IMG/VR virus record: IMGVR_UViG_3300044641_002508
Location: 1-39,819 of that record
Direction: 5' to 3' (one strand)
Origin: a virus
Taxonomy: Duplodnaviria; Caudoviricetes
Length of the DNA stretch: 39,819 bases
Positions within the stretch are counted from its first letter, which is position 1, and each line of letters begins with the position of its first letter. The notes under the pieces were generated by a model. That model did not search any database and was not told where the DNA came from. It was given only the letters and a program-made list of their open reading frames with translations. Both the position numbers and the translations under genes were made by a program. Below are positions 31,343-39,819 of the stretch, piece by piece.

Positions 31343-33085
31343 GTGATTGAAGGCGACCAGAGAGAACTACTCGTACGCTTTAACAAGTGCTTTGATGCGG
31401 CTAAAGCGCCCCATCAGACACGCGTAACAAAGTACGAGAAGTGTGACGACGCGTACAACGCTGTCCTGCGTCCCCGCGATGACGATTGGCAGAGCGACCT
31501 TCACCCTCCGTACGTTATGCAAATCGTGGAGTTGCTTGCCAGCAACATGATTGACGAGAATCAGCGGGCCAAGGTACTTTCCTCGCAGCCCGCTAACGAC
31601 GAGTCCGCCAATCTGCACGAGCACCTGTTGAATCAGCAGCGCGAGGCTGATCGATATGGCGAGAAGTTGGTTCCATTCGTACTACAGGCCCTAATCCGTG
31701 GCTTCACGGTTGCCAAGGTTACATGGCGCGAAGAATGGCGCAAGGTAAAGCAGCGTGATTTCCAGCCGTCGCCGTTTGGCTCGCAGATGATTGGAAAAGT
31801 TACGGAGACTCGTGTCCCGTATCGTCAGCAGCCCGGCTTTGTCGTTATTGACGCTAAGCAGTTTTTGTGGGATCCGACGGCGTCGTCCATTGATGATGCT
31901 GCTGATGTTTTTCACATTACTTACGAGACTAAGAAGAGTCTTGAGAGAAGTGGTATTTACGAGAACATTGATCAGATTGTTGCTGGCGCTTCGTCCGAGT
32001 TTGAAGGGACGAACCCCAATAAGCGCAAGGGACGTATTGAGGTCATTGAGTGGTGGCGTCGTGAGGGCGACGAGATTTACCTGACGACTGTTGCCAATCG
32101 CGGAACGATTATCCGCGACGAGTGCAGTCCGTTCTGGCATGGCGAGTTCCCGTTCGTAACGGCGTCTCCGATGCCTAGCCTATTTGAACTTAGCGGCCAC
32201 AGCGTTGTTGAGATGATTGCCGATATTCAGGCAGCATTGTGGGAAATGCAGAATCATCGCATCGACAATACTCGCTTCATGTCGAACGCTGCTGTCTTTG
32301 TTGACCCGTCTGCTGAACAGCAGGATTTTCGCCTTATGCCGGGCGGCATTCTTCGCGCCCGCCCAGATCAGATCCAACCGTGGCAGCCGAACACCAGTAT
32401 CATTGCGCCCACGGTGCAGGCTGAGGAATTGCTGAAGGGTGATTTGCAGAATCTCAGCGGCGCTGTGGCGTACTTGAGTGGTGCTTCTAACTCGCAGATT
32501 GATCAGACCACCGCTACCGGTGTAAGCATCATTCAGAACATGGCAACTAAGCGCATTATGCGCATGAAGCAGCAGATCCTGTTTGCGCTCAAGCGCGTCG
32601 GCGAACAGCAGATTGCGCTAAATCAGCAGTTGCTTCCCCCCAATGTTGCAATTCGTATTGATCGTGGCGCTGCCGGTATTGAGTGGAAGGCGGCCAACCC
32701 GGCAATGCTGCAAGGCAAGTACGAGTATGTTGTCGAAGACGCAGCAGAATCCCTTATTCGTCAGGAGAAGCGAGCCGAAGCACTGGCTAAGGCTAATTTC
32801 CTGACTGCCAATTACATGCTTATGCAGCAGGCTGGCGTCACTCTTGACCTGAGGAAGGTCGTTGAGGATGTCACCGAAGCGTTTAGCGAGGAGCCCACCA
32901 AGTACTTTAAGGAAGAGGCTCCCGCTCCGATGCCCGCCCCGCAACTGGTCGGCGGTGGAGGGGCGGCAGCGGCACCGACACCCGAAGCGATGGCTGCTGG
33001 GGGCGGACAGGGCGGTATGCCTGTTTCTGCTCCTGAGGCTGGCGCTGAGGCCGGTGCCGCTGTGCCGCCTCCTGAGGCCGCATGA
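31343..33085 (+). CDS. Portal protein
   Basis: 580 aa between TerL and scaffold; G..VAKV.W, F.WDP.A, SPFWHGEFPF, G.SV.E...DIQ...N, TATGVS. Confidence 0.85.
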   Translation: MIEGDQRELLVRFNKCFDAAKAPHQTRVTKYEKCDDAYNAVLRPRDDDWQSDLHPPYVMQIVELLASNMIDENQRAKVLSSQPANDESANLHEHLLNQQREADRYGEKLVPFVLQALIRGFTVAKVTWREEWRKVKQRDFQPSPFGSQMIGKVTETRVPYRQQPGFVVIDAKQFLWDPTASSIDDAADVFHITYETKKSLERSGIYENIDQIVAGASSEFEGTNPNKRKGRIEVIEWWRREGDEIYLTTVANRGTIIRDECSPFWHGEFPFVTASPMPSLFELSGHSVVEMIADIQAALWEMQNHRIDNTRFMSNAAVFVDPSAEQQDFRLMPGGILRARPDQIQPWQPNTSIIAPTVQAEELLKGDLQNLSGAVAYLSGASNSQIDQTTATGVSIIQNMATKRIMRMKQQILFALKRVGEQQIALNQQLLPPNVAIRIDRGAAGIEWKAANPAMLQGKYEYVVEDAAESLIRQEKRAEALAKANFLTANYMLMQQAGVTLDLRKVVEDVTEAFSEEPTKYFKEEAPAPMPAPQLVGGGGAAAAPTPEAMAAGGGQGGMPVSAPEAGAEAGAAVPPPEAA

Positions 33086-33282
33086 GCACACTTCTTGACT
33101 CTATTCTGAGTCAGACAAGTTGGATTGCCGTAGAGGAAGAGTTGCAGATCCGGAAGGATTTGCTTTTGCGGCAAATGGTGTACGATAATCTTAGTTACGA
33201 GGATTACTTGCAACTAAGTGGCGAGATCAAAGGACTTGATTTCGTTCTCAAACTAAAGTCAAGGAGACTTACCAGTGTCTGA
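33082..33282 (+). CDS. Small post-portal hypothetical protein
   Basis: ATGA-coupled; W..VEEEL..Y....GEIKGL. Confidence 0.7.
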   Translation: MSTLLDSILSQTSWIAVEEELQIRKDLLLRQMVYDNLSYEDYLQLSGEIKGLDFVLKLKSRRLTSV

Positions 33283-34114
33283 CGATGACATCTTCATGGA
33301 GACCATCCGAGCGGCTAACGCCGAAGAGGATGAGGGCGACCAGCCCATTGAAGAAGAGGCCCCTGTTGAGGAAGAGTTCGTAGAGGAAGATCCCCGCGTT
33401 TTTGCTGGCAAGTACCAGTCGGCTGATGATCTTGAGAACGCGTACCTTGAATTGCAGCGCAAGTTCCACGAGTCGCGCCAGCCTGACCCTGAGCCTGAGG
33501 TACAGCAGCCTATTGCTCCTGCGTACTTTGGTAGCGAGCCTTCGACTGAGGCTGAGGTTGTTTCGTTTGCTGAGCAGGATCCGACAAACGCAGCGATGTG
33601 GGTTATCAACAATGCTGATCGTCTTCCCGATGATCTTGCAAACGCTGTGCTTGAGCATTGGTGGGCGCAGAAGCCGTGGGAGGCTACGCAGTACTTCATG
33701 GAGCAGCGTCTCGCTTCTGAGCGCGAGCAGTTGTCGGACATGACGATGCCGCTTGTTGAGCAGCACGAGCGTGCCGTCATGAGCGAAGCGTACGACATGA
33801 TCGTTGACGCCATCCCAGATTACGATGAGTATCAGGCTCGCGTTGAACAGTTTATTGACGAGCGAGACGTTAGCGGAATCATTCCCATTGGTAGCGAAGG
33901 AGACCCGGTTGCGCTCGCCGAGGGAATTGGTACAATTGTAGGGATTATCAAGTGGCAGGAATATCAAACTGCCATGCGTAATCAGGGGATGATTGTCCCC
34001 GATCAAGAAGCCCCTCAGGCTCCCATGGTCAGCACGCGGAACACTACGAGTCCGGAGGATCTTGGAAATGATGAGATGGACGACTTGATTCGGAACATGA
34101 TTCTCAACGCCTAA
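33275..34114 (+). CDS. Capsid scaffolding protein
   Basis: Highly acidic, FAGKY.S.DDLE.AY.ELQRK; precedes the capsid gene. Confidence 0.8.
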   Translation: MSDDDIFMETIRAANAEEDEGDQPIEEEAPVEEEFVEEDPRVFAGKYQSADDLENAYLELQRKFHESRQPDPEPEVQQPIAPAYFGSEPSTEAEVVSFAEQDPTNAAMWVINNADRLPDDLANAVLEHWWAQKPWEATQYFMEQRLASEREQLSDMTMPLVEQHERAVMSEAYDMIVDAIPDYDEYQARVEQFIDERDVSGIIPIGSEGDPVALAEGIGTIVGIIKWQEYQTAMRNQGMIVPDQEAPQAPMVSTRNTTSPEDLGNDEMDDLIRNMILNA

Positions 34115-34200
34115 GCGGGCCGCTTGACCAGAGCGACACCCCGACAAGGGTTTTCGACCAGAAAACAGAAAACTCAAGTCTAAACAAGGAGAAGTAACAG

Positions 34201-35355
34201 ATGGCTGTTACCATTCTTTCGGGTGTCGCTGACGACGCTGACATCCTTCAGGCCCGCCGTGTCGTTGACATGGATCCTGTCATCAAGCAGTTGGAGCCGG
34301 ACGACGCTCCGTTCACCGTGATGCTTTCGCAGACTTCTTCGCGTCCCGCGAAGTCGCAGAAGGTTGAGTGGCTGTCGGATCAGTTGGTTCCCCGCCTGAC
34401 CACGCTCGCCGTTGCCGTCCTCACGGCCGACACGACGATCACGGTTGCTACTGGCACTGGCGATTACTTCCGCGCCAACGACATTCTGCGTCTTGCCAAT
34501 GGTGAGAACGTTCGTGTCACGTCGGTCGCTACCGATGTCCTCACGGTTGTCCGCAGCATCGGCACGGTCGCCGCTTCGGGCGTTGCAATCAGCACTGACG
34601 TTATCAAGATCGGTAACGCTTCGGCTGAGGGCGCAACGCTTGGCACCATCAAGATGACGCAGCAGGTTGCTAACTACAACTACTGCCAGATTCAGCGTGA
34701 TCCGCTTGGATTCACCAAGACGCTGGAGGCTTCGGATCTGTACGGTGGCAAGGAGCCGCAGTACGAGGCGAAGCAGAAGATGATGGAGCATCGTCGCCAG
34801 ATTGAGAACACGCTGTTCTTTGGTCAGCGCGACATCACCACGGCTGGCTCGCCGGTCGGCTACTGCGGTGGCCTCGTGGAGTTCATCTCCTCCAACATCA
34901 CGACTGTCGGCGGCAACCTGACGGAGAGCGGCTTCGCGACGTTCCTCCGCACCGGTTTCCGTTACGGCTCGCGCAACAAGGTCCTGTTCGCGTCGCCGCT
35001 GATCGTGTCGGCTCTGTCCTCGTTTGCGCAGAGCAAGTTGGCCCCGCCGTCGTCCGACGTGAAGTCGTACGGTGTCTCCCTTCAGGAGTACCGTGGTGCT
35101 AACGGTGGTACCGTCAAGATCGTTGAGAAGCGTGACTGGCTGGACTACTCTACCACCAGCAACCAGATCGGCTCTTGGGCCGTGCTGGTCGACATGGACG
35201 ACGTTGTCATGCGCCCGCTGCGCAAGACGGCTCTTCTCCCCAATCGTCAGGCTCCGGATGCGGATACGACGATTCAGGAGTACCTGACCGAGTACTCGCT
35301 GCAGGTCGGCGTTGAGCAGAACCACGCGATCCTGCGCGGTGTGACGGGCTACTAA
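34201..35355 (+). CDS. Major capsid protein (DUF5309/SU10-like)
   Basis: P.DAPF..ML, KVEW..D, NYCQI, H.R.IE..L.FG, EYSL.V..E..HA; strongly biased codons; SD AGGAG. Confidence 0.88.
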   Translation: MAVTILSGVADDADILQARRVVDMDPVIKQLEPDDAPFTVMLSQTSSRPAKSQKVEWLSDQLVPRLTTLAVAVLTADTTITVATGTGDYFRANDILRLANGENVRVTSVATDVLTVVRSIGTVAASGVAISTDVIKIGNASAEGATLGTIKMTQQVANYNYCQIQRDPLGFTKTLEASDLYGGKEPQYEAKQKMMEHRRQIENTLFFGQRDITTAGSPVGYCGGLVEFISSNITTVGGNLTESGFATFLRTGFRYGSRNKVLFASPLIVSALSSFAQSKLAPPSSDVKSYGVSLQEYRGANGGTVKIVEKRDWLDYSTTSNQIGSWAVLVDMDDVVMRPLRKTALLPNRQAPDADTTIQEYLTEYSLQVGVEQNHAILRGVTGY

Positions 35356-35384
35356 GCCAACATTCCACCTACGGGTGGTCTTCG

Positions 35385-35436
35385 GGAGCCTCTGGCGCTA
35401 CAATCTAATTTGTAGTGTCAGAGGCTCCTTTGTCTT
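35385..35436 (+). terminator. 19-bp hairpin after capsid gene (terminator/processing site)
   Basis: GGAGCCTCTGGCGCTACAA-N6-TTGTAGTGTCAGAGGCTCC with G-U pairs on the plus strand, then TTTGTCTT. Preceded by a C(UACG)G hairpin at 35365-35378. Confidence 0.7.
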
Positions 35437-35457
35437 ACAGAAAGAGAGAAACCCAAC

Positions 35458-36150
35458 ATGCGTTTCGTTAGCCGCTCCGCTAACTACACCCTCATCGCAC
35501 GCGGCGAGGCTGAGTATGATGTTTTTGAGACTGCTGAAGGAACGATGATTCCTCGCACTGTCAAGAAGCCGCCGCTGATCATTGAGTTCAAGCACGGCAT
35601 GGCATACCCCGACGAGACGTATGCGGCAATGCTGCACTGGTCTGGCGCTCCGACTAATCGCACAGACCCTGAGCGCGTTGATGGGCACGGCGTTTCTGTA
35701 CCCGACATTTTTGGCGCTGTCCCTTATCAGCGTGGCGTTATGATTCAGGATGGCGTTGGACGCATCATGGGTGTCAGTAATCCTGCTCGCCCTCAGTACA
35801 ACTTTAGCCTGTTTGATAGCGAGTGGATTGCGGACGCAGACGACCGCAAGGAGGCGGAGGATGCTCTGCTGAAGAACTCTGATAACGGAGTTTGGTACGT
35901 CAAGGTTGACGCGCTTGAGGTTGCTCCTCCGTGGCCGAACTACAATAAGATCCGCGCCAAGAAGGGCATGACGGTCGCTGAGACAATTGCCGCGAAGTGC
36001 GACGAGGATGGGTATAGCGTTGCTGAGGTTCTCGCTTATGAGAAGGCGCACGCTAATCGTCCCGCTGTTGTGGCTGCGCTAGAGGCACTTGGCACTGAGA
36101 AGGCTGTTCAGGCTGAAGAGTCCGAGGCTCTTGAGGTGGAGATCGTCTAA
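35458..36150 (+). CDS. Hypothetical head-associated protein
   Basis: Post-capsid position; C-terminal PWPNY..VLAYEKAHANRPAVVAAL helical motif. Confidence 0.7.
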   Translation: MRFVSRSANYTLIARGEAEYDVFETAEGTMIPRTVKKPPLIIEFKHGMAYPDETYAAMLHWSGAPTNRTDPERVDGHGVSVPDIFGAVPYQRGVMIQDGVGRIMGVSNPARPQYNFSLFDSEWIADADDRKEAEDALLKNSDNGVWYVKVDALEVAPPWPNYNKIRAKKGMTVAETIAAKCDEDGYSVAEVLAYEKAHANRPAVVAALEALGTEKAVQAEESEALEVEIV

Positions 36151-36500
36151 TGATTGGCGTTCCGATCACTGCCCACGCTGAGGAAACCGCCGATATCGTG
36201 CATGGCGAGGATCAGTCCACGATCAAGTGGTACATTGATCAGGAGGGTTTTGATCGGATTCGGGCGGGGATGGCTTGCAGTCATTGTCTTGAGCCATTCC
36301 CCGCTCCGCCTAGCATTCGCACTACCGCTGTTTGGCGCGAGCATGCGCACCATTACAGTGGCATTCGCACCAAGGACGAGTTGCTTGACCTTGTTGTCAA
36401 GGGGCGGTGCCCGATCTGCAAGAGCGAGGTTTCTAACGAGATGGTCGAAGTCAGCCATCGTGGCAAGGACGAGTTTGAGCCCACGGATGGTGCGTACTAA
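36150..36500 (+). CDS. Zinc-ribbon hypothetical protein
   Basis: CSHC..CPIC; TAATG-coupled. Confidence 0.65.
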   Translation: MIGVPITAHAEETADIVHGEDQSTIKWYIDQEGFDRIRAGMACSHCLEPFPAPPSIRTTAVWREHAHHYSGIRTKDELLDLVVKGRCPICKSEVSNEMVEVSHRGKDEFEPTDGAY

Positions 36501-37195
36501 TGGCGACTTTTTCTGACCTAAAGACTCGTGCGCAGAACATGGCGCTAACTGAAGACGAGGCGCTTGCTGGCGTTTTTGTCAATGACGTGTACCGTGATCT
36601 TGTTGTGCAGGCGCAGTTGAAGTGCACTAATTCAACAGAGACGCTTACGCAGGGTCAGAACCTGTACACGTTTTCTGGGTTTGGAATTACTGATCTTGGA
36701 ATGATTCAGTACATTGTTTACCGCGCTCAGGGACAAACGGATGGCTATATTCTTGAGCCATCTGATCTTGAAAGTGTTCTTCAGTTGTCGTCAACTAATC
36801 CGACCGGCTATCTTCGCAAGTACGCGCTGCAAGGTTTGGACAATCTGTATGTGTGGCCATCGTCGCAAAGTACTGGTGACGTGCTGATTATCTATTACGC
36901 TCAGAACCCAGCAGATATGGTTGTTGCTGGTGACGAGCCGTCTGTTGTGCCAAGCCAGTGGCAGCACATGATCAGTGTTGGCGCAGCATCGCGCCTTGCT
37001 GACGCAGTCGGAGAAGACGTTCCGCTTGCTCAAGCGCTTCAGAATCGTTACGAACTCATGTACGCCATGTTTGTCAAGTGGGTCAAGGGCCGTCAGGGTC
37101 GTGGCACGCAGATGATGAGCAGTGGTTACACGCGTTCTACTGGTATGCCTCCGCACGATAGAAGCGCGTACTACTCCAATCCCGGTAATTACTAA
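36500..37195 (+). CDS. Head-tail adaptor / tail tubular protein A-like
   Basis: T...LK.R..FVN..Y, T..GQ..Y, G....Y..LYVWP..I.Y..P..D.P..P..W pattern; position. Confidence 0.72.
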   Translation: MATFSDLKTRAQNMALTEDEALAGVFVNDVYRDLVVQAQLKCTNSTETLTQGQNLYTFSGFGITDLGMIQYIVYRAQGQTDGYILEPSDLESVLQLSSTNPTGYLRKYALQGLDNLYVWPSSQSTGDVLIIYYAQNPADMVVAGDEPSVVPSQWQHMISVGAASRLADAVGEDVPLAQALQNRYELMYAMFVKWVKGRQGRGTQMMSSGYTRSTGMPPHDRSAYYSNPGNY

Positions 37196-39282
37196 TGGCG
37201 GGCGCTAGCCGCTGGGCCGAATACTCCGACTTTTCTGGCGGAGAAATGAGCGACATTAGCGCCTCCCTTATCCCCGATAATGGCCTGCTCTATGCTGAAA
37301 ATGTTTTTACGGATAAGTCTGGGCGCGTAACAAAGCGCGGTGGCATTCGTAATTTTCTTCAGAGCGCAAACTCTAATTACTTTAGTTCACTTGGAACTTC
37401 TGACGATTCGGAAAACGCAACGCTCCAGCGAGGATACGCATCTCGCATTTCGTCCAACAAAGTAATCCTTGATTCTTTTGAAATTGGCGTTGGCACAATT
37501 GGTGCCCTTAATACGGGAACGGTTTCAACAAACAATGATGTTGGTTCGTACGCGTCCGGGCTCATTGGTGAATCGTTTAACACGTTTGGCATTTGTGGGT
37601 TCCCTGTTGCTGAAAATTCCACGACACTTGGGGCGACATATAACGCGCTGCCATTTGTTTGGGCTGGCGGTGCCGATGCAAATGTAGGAAACTACACAAC
37701 GACAAGCAGCGGAACCGCGACGTTTAAGGCCAACGATTCTAAGATTCAGTTTTCTACACTCGCGGTGTATAACATTTTTAAAGCGACAAGTATGGCTGGC
37801 CAGTTTTTCTATGCAACGACTGGTGCGGGAACAGGCCAGAACGAATACGTTGGCAAGATTGTTTCTCAGGACGATACGAACTTTACGATTACCGTGACTC
37901 CTACGCCGAAGAATGCTTTTGTCGCAACGTATTATTCTCGTTCGACAACGTTTGGTATGGGTGGTGCGAACTTTGAGAGCGGTGGTGGCGCTAGGCCAAT
38001 GGGCGCTAACGCTGGCGTAATCCATCAGAATCGTGTTGTTTGTGCCACTCAGGCAGTAAGCAACTACACGTCACTTTCGGCTTTTACTCAACCAACATTT
38101 TCGCAGGTCGATGCTCGCGCAAACACCATTATGTGGAGTTCAATCACGGGCGAGGGCGCTACTGCGGTAAACACCAAGTCTGATGGGATGCTTGGTCTTC
38201 TCTATGCTGGTTGGCCAAAGAGTCAAACGCTAACGCTTGATACCGCTGGAATCACGGGCATTGTAAGTCTTGACGCAAATAACCTTATGGTTTTGTGTGT
38301 GGATAAGATTCTGATGATTAGCGGTACTCTTGGCACGGTTCTTCCTGCTGCTGGTGTAAACACGAACTCTGTAAACATTCGTACGCTTTCTACGAACATT
38401 GGGTGCGCGTACCCGAAGACGATCCAGAAAACTCCGAAGGGTGTGATTTTTTCTGACCTGAACACCGTCTATATCACTGACGGTTCGGATTTCGTCAATC
38501 TCATGGATGCAAAAGTTCAGTTCTCGTACGGGTACTTTTCTAGCACTGTTGGTATCTACGGCGCTGATTTCCCCTGCGGGTCTGCCATTATCCTCAACAA
38601 CTACTACGTCCTATTTACCAAGTATGGCCTTGGCTGGATGTGCGATCTTTCAAATAGTTTTTCTTGGACAAGAGTTAAGGCAACTAAATCCGCGTCACCG
38701 TACTTTACGACGTTCGGTGTTGGGATTAATGACCCAACTGGTAGCGGACGCGTATACGCACCGTCGGTTCAAGTCGATTCTGCAAATCCGGATCCTGCAA
38801 GTGGTTCTAGGATTTGTCGTGTTGACACGATAGTTCTTCCGGACGCGGCTTTTGCATCTCCAGTTCCTGCTGGGTATACAAACGGATCAGACCCGGACAC
38901 AACAATCAGGGTAAACTGCAACGTTATTACTAAGTCGTACACGTTTGGGTCTTCTGCGATGAAGCGTTTTCAGAAGATGGTATTTACTGGTCAGAACAGC
39001 GGCAATACGATTGTTACGCTCAAGAGTGGGCTTGACCCGGACGTTATGTCTTATGACGGGTCTTTTTATCTTGGAACTGTTTACTACAATAGTCAGCCAT
39101 CTGTTCGGAAGGATCTGCGCGGGACAGCACCGCCGGGACTCGCTGGGAAAAAGATTACAAACGTTGGGATGGCGTTTGGTTTCCAGACAGGATTTACCGG
39201 AGCAACCGTTGGAGACTCGTTCTGGATTGACAAGATTTCGTTTAACTTTACCCCGACAAGGCAGGGCAGGGTTAAGCGCTAA
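37195..39282 (+). CDS. Tail nozzle / tubular protein B-like (stabilisation protein)
   Basis: DFSGG..ENV..G.V.KRGG N-terminus, beta-rich, NIGC..P.TI, TK.Y.FG....KRF. Confidence 0.75.
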   Translation: MAGASRWAEYSDFSGGEMSDISASLIPDNGLLYAENVFTDKSGRVTKRGGIRNFLQSANSNYFSSLGTSDDSENATLQRGYASRISSNKVILDSFEIGVGTIGALNTGTVSTNNDVGSYASGLIGESFNTFGICGFPVAENSTTLGATYNALPFVWAGGADANVGNYTTTSSGTATFKANDSKIQFSTLAVYNIFKATSMAGQFFYATTGAGTGQNEYVGKIVSQDDTNFTITVTPTPKNAFVATYYSRSTTFGMGGANFESGGGARPMGANAGVIHQNRVVCATQAVSNYTSLSAFTQPTFSQVDARANTIMWSSITGEGATAVNTKSDGMLGLLYAGWPKSQTLTLDTAGITGIVSLDANNLMVLCVDKILMISGTLGTVLPAAGVNTNSVNIRTLSTNIGCAYPKTIQKTPKGVIFSDLNTVYITDGSDFVNLMDAKVQFSYGYFSSTVGIYGADFPCGSAIILNNYYVLFTKYGLGWMCDLSNSFSWTRVKATKSASPYFTTFGVGINDPTGSGRVYAPSVQVDSANPDPASGSRICRVDTIVLPDAAFASPVPAGYTNGSDPDTTIRVNCNVITKSYTFGSSAMKRFQKMVFTGQNSGNTIVTLKSGLDPDVMSYDGSFYLGTVYYNSQPSVRKDLRGTAPPGLAGKKITNVGMAFGFQTGFTGATVGDSFWIDKISFNFTPTRQGRVKR

Positions 39283-39819
39283 TGGCCCTTGACGATAGCA
39301 GTATCGAAGCCACACGGATTGCGCTAAGCGGCGCTGGCCCAATCCCTAACGCTGTCCTCTACAACAATGCTAAAGACCTAGCCGCTGCTATGAAAGCGGC
39401 AGGCGTCACGTTTGGTGGAACGTCTGATCCGCTTCCGATTGGCTCTGTTGTTGCTTATTCTGGAGCGACGATTCCGACTGGGTATCTGGATGCGGATGGT
39501 TCTAGCCAGTTGCGAGCATCCTATCCTGATCTCTTTTCTGCTATTGGGACGACGTATGGGCCCGGTGCGGTTCCGGGTACGACGTTCGCACTTCCGAACT
39601 TTGTTGGAACGTACACGAACTTCATCATTAAGGCGACGGCTGCGGCTGCTAGTACGACAGTGGTTAGTGAGACGCTCATTGCGGTGCCTCTGGGCTCGCT
39701 CCAGTTGTATGCGGGTAGTGTGTATCCGACTGGTTGGCTACGCGCTGACGGGGCTGCTATTGGCCGCGCAACGTACGCAGGCTTGTTCGCGATTATCGGA
39801 ACAACGTACGGCGCTGGAG
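39087..39819. repeat. Terminal direct repeat, copy B
   Basis: See 1-733. Confidence 0.97.
39282..39819 (+). CDS. 5' part of tail fibre gene, second allele (truncated by window end)
   Basis: MALDDSSIEATR.. versus MALDESNIEATR.. at 196. Confidence 0.85.
   Translation, partial: MALDDSSIEATRIALSGAGPIPNAVLYNNAKDLAAAMKAAGVTFGGTSDPLPIGSVVAYSGATIPTGYLDADGSSQLRASYPDLFSAIGTTYGPGAVPGTTFALPNFVGTYTNFIIKATAAAASTTVVSETLIAVPLGSLQLYAGSVYPTGWLRADGAAIGRATYAGLFAIIGTTYGAG

Noticed and set aside
34136-34146. ACACCCCGACA shared by the capsid leader and the region near 22877-22887 (minus)
   Set aside because: Only 11 nt in two copies, with no consistent context; may be chance.

Overview
The window is an apparently complete ~39.1 kb genome of a podovirus-like tailed phage. 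It is circularly permuted: 1-733 is repeated at 39087-39819 as a diverged allele. The host is probably a high-GC Gram-positive (Actinomycetota), inferred from an Rpf-like gene, leaderless promoters and GAAGGG-type RBSs. The plus strand (27.6 kb to the end, then 1-16.4 kb) carries the late genes: TerS/TerL, head spike base, portal, scaffold, major capsid, adaptor and nozzle, tail fibres with chaperones, basic internal/ejection proteins, M23 peptidase and a lysis cassette. The minus strand (27.0 to 16.3 kb) carries early and middle genes: GP88-like, DUF932, Rad52/Sak-like annealase, PD-(D/E)XK nuclease, SSB, Rpf-like and RuvC-like. No integrase, repressor, DNA polymerase or primase was recognised. 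Two systems stand out. (1) A ~2170-aa putative ejection protein carries an inserted HipA/PI-kinase-like domain plus an R-S-ExE ADP-ribosyltransferase, so it is a candidate injected dual effector. (2) The early region is built from gene cassettes, each headed by a conserved ~70-bp promoter/operator/RBS repeat. Structured RNAs are interleaved: a pseudoknotted hammerhead ribozyme, a kissing-loop RNA, a tRNA-like acceptor+T-arm minihelix, and a four-way-junction RNA whose two C-rich loops complement the shared RBS of those cassettes. All calls come from reading the sequence by eye; no database searches were run.
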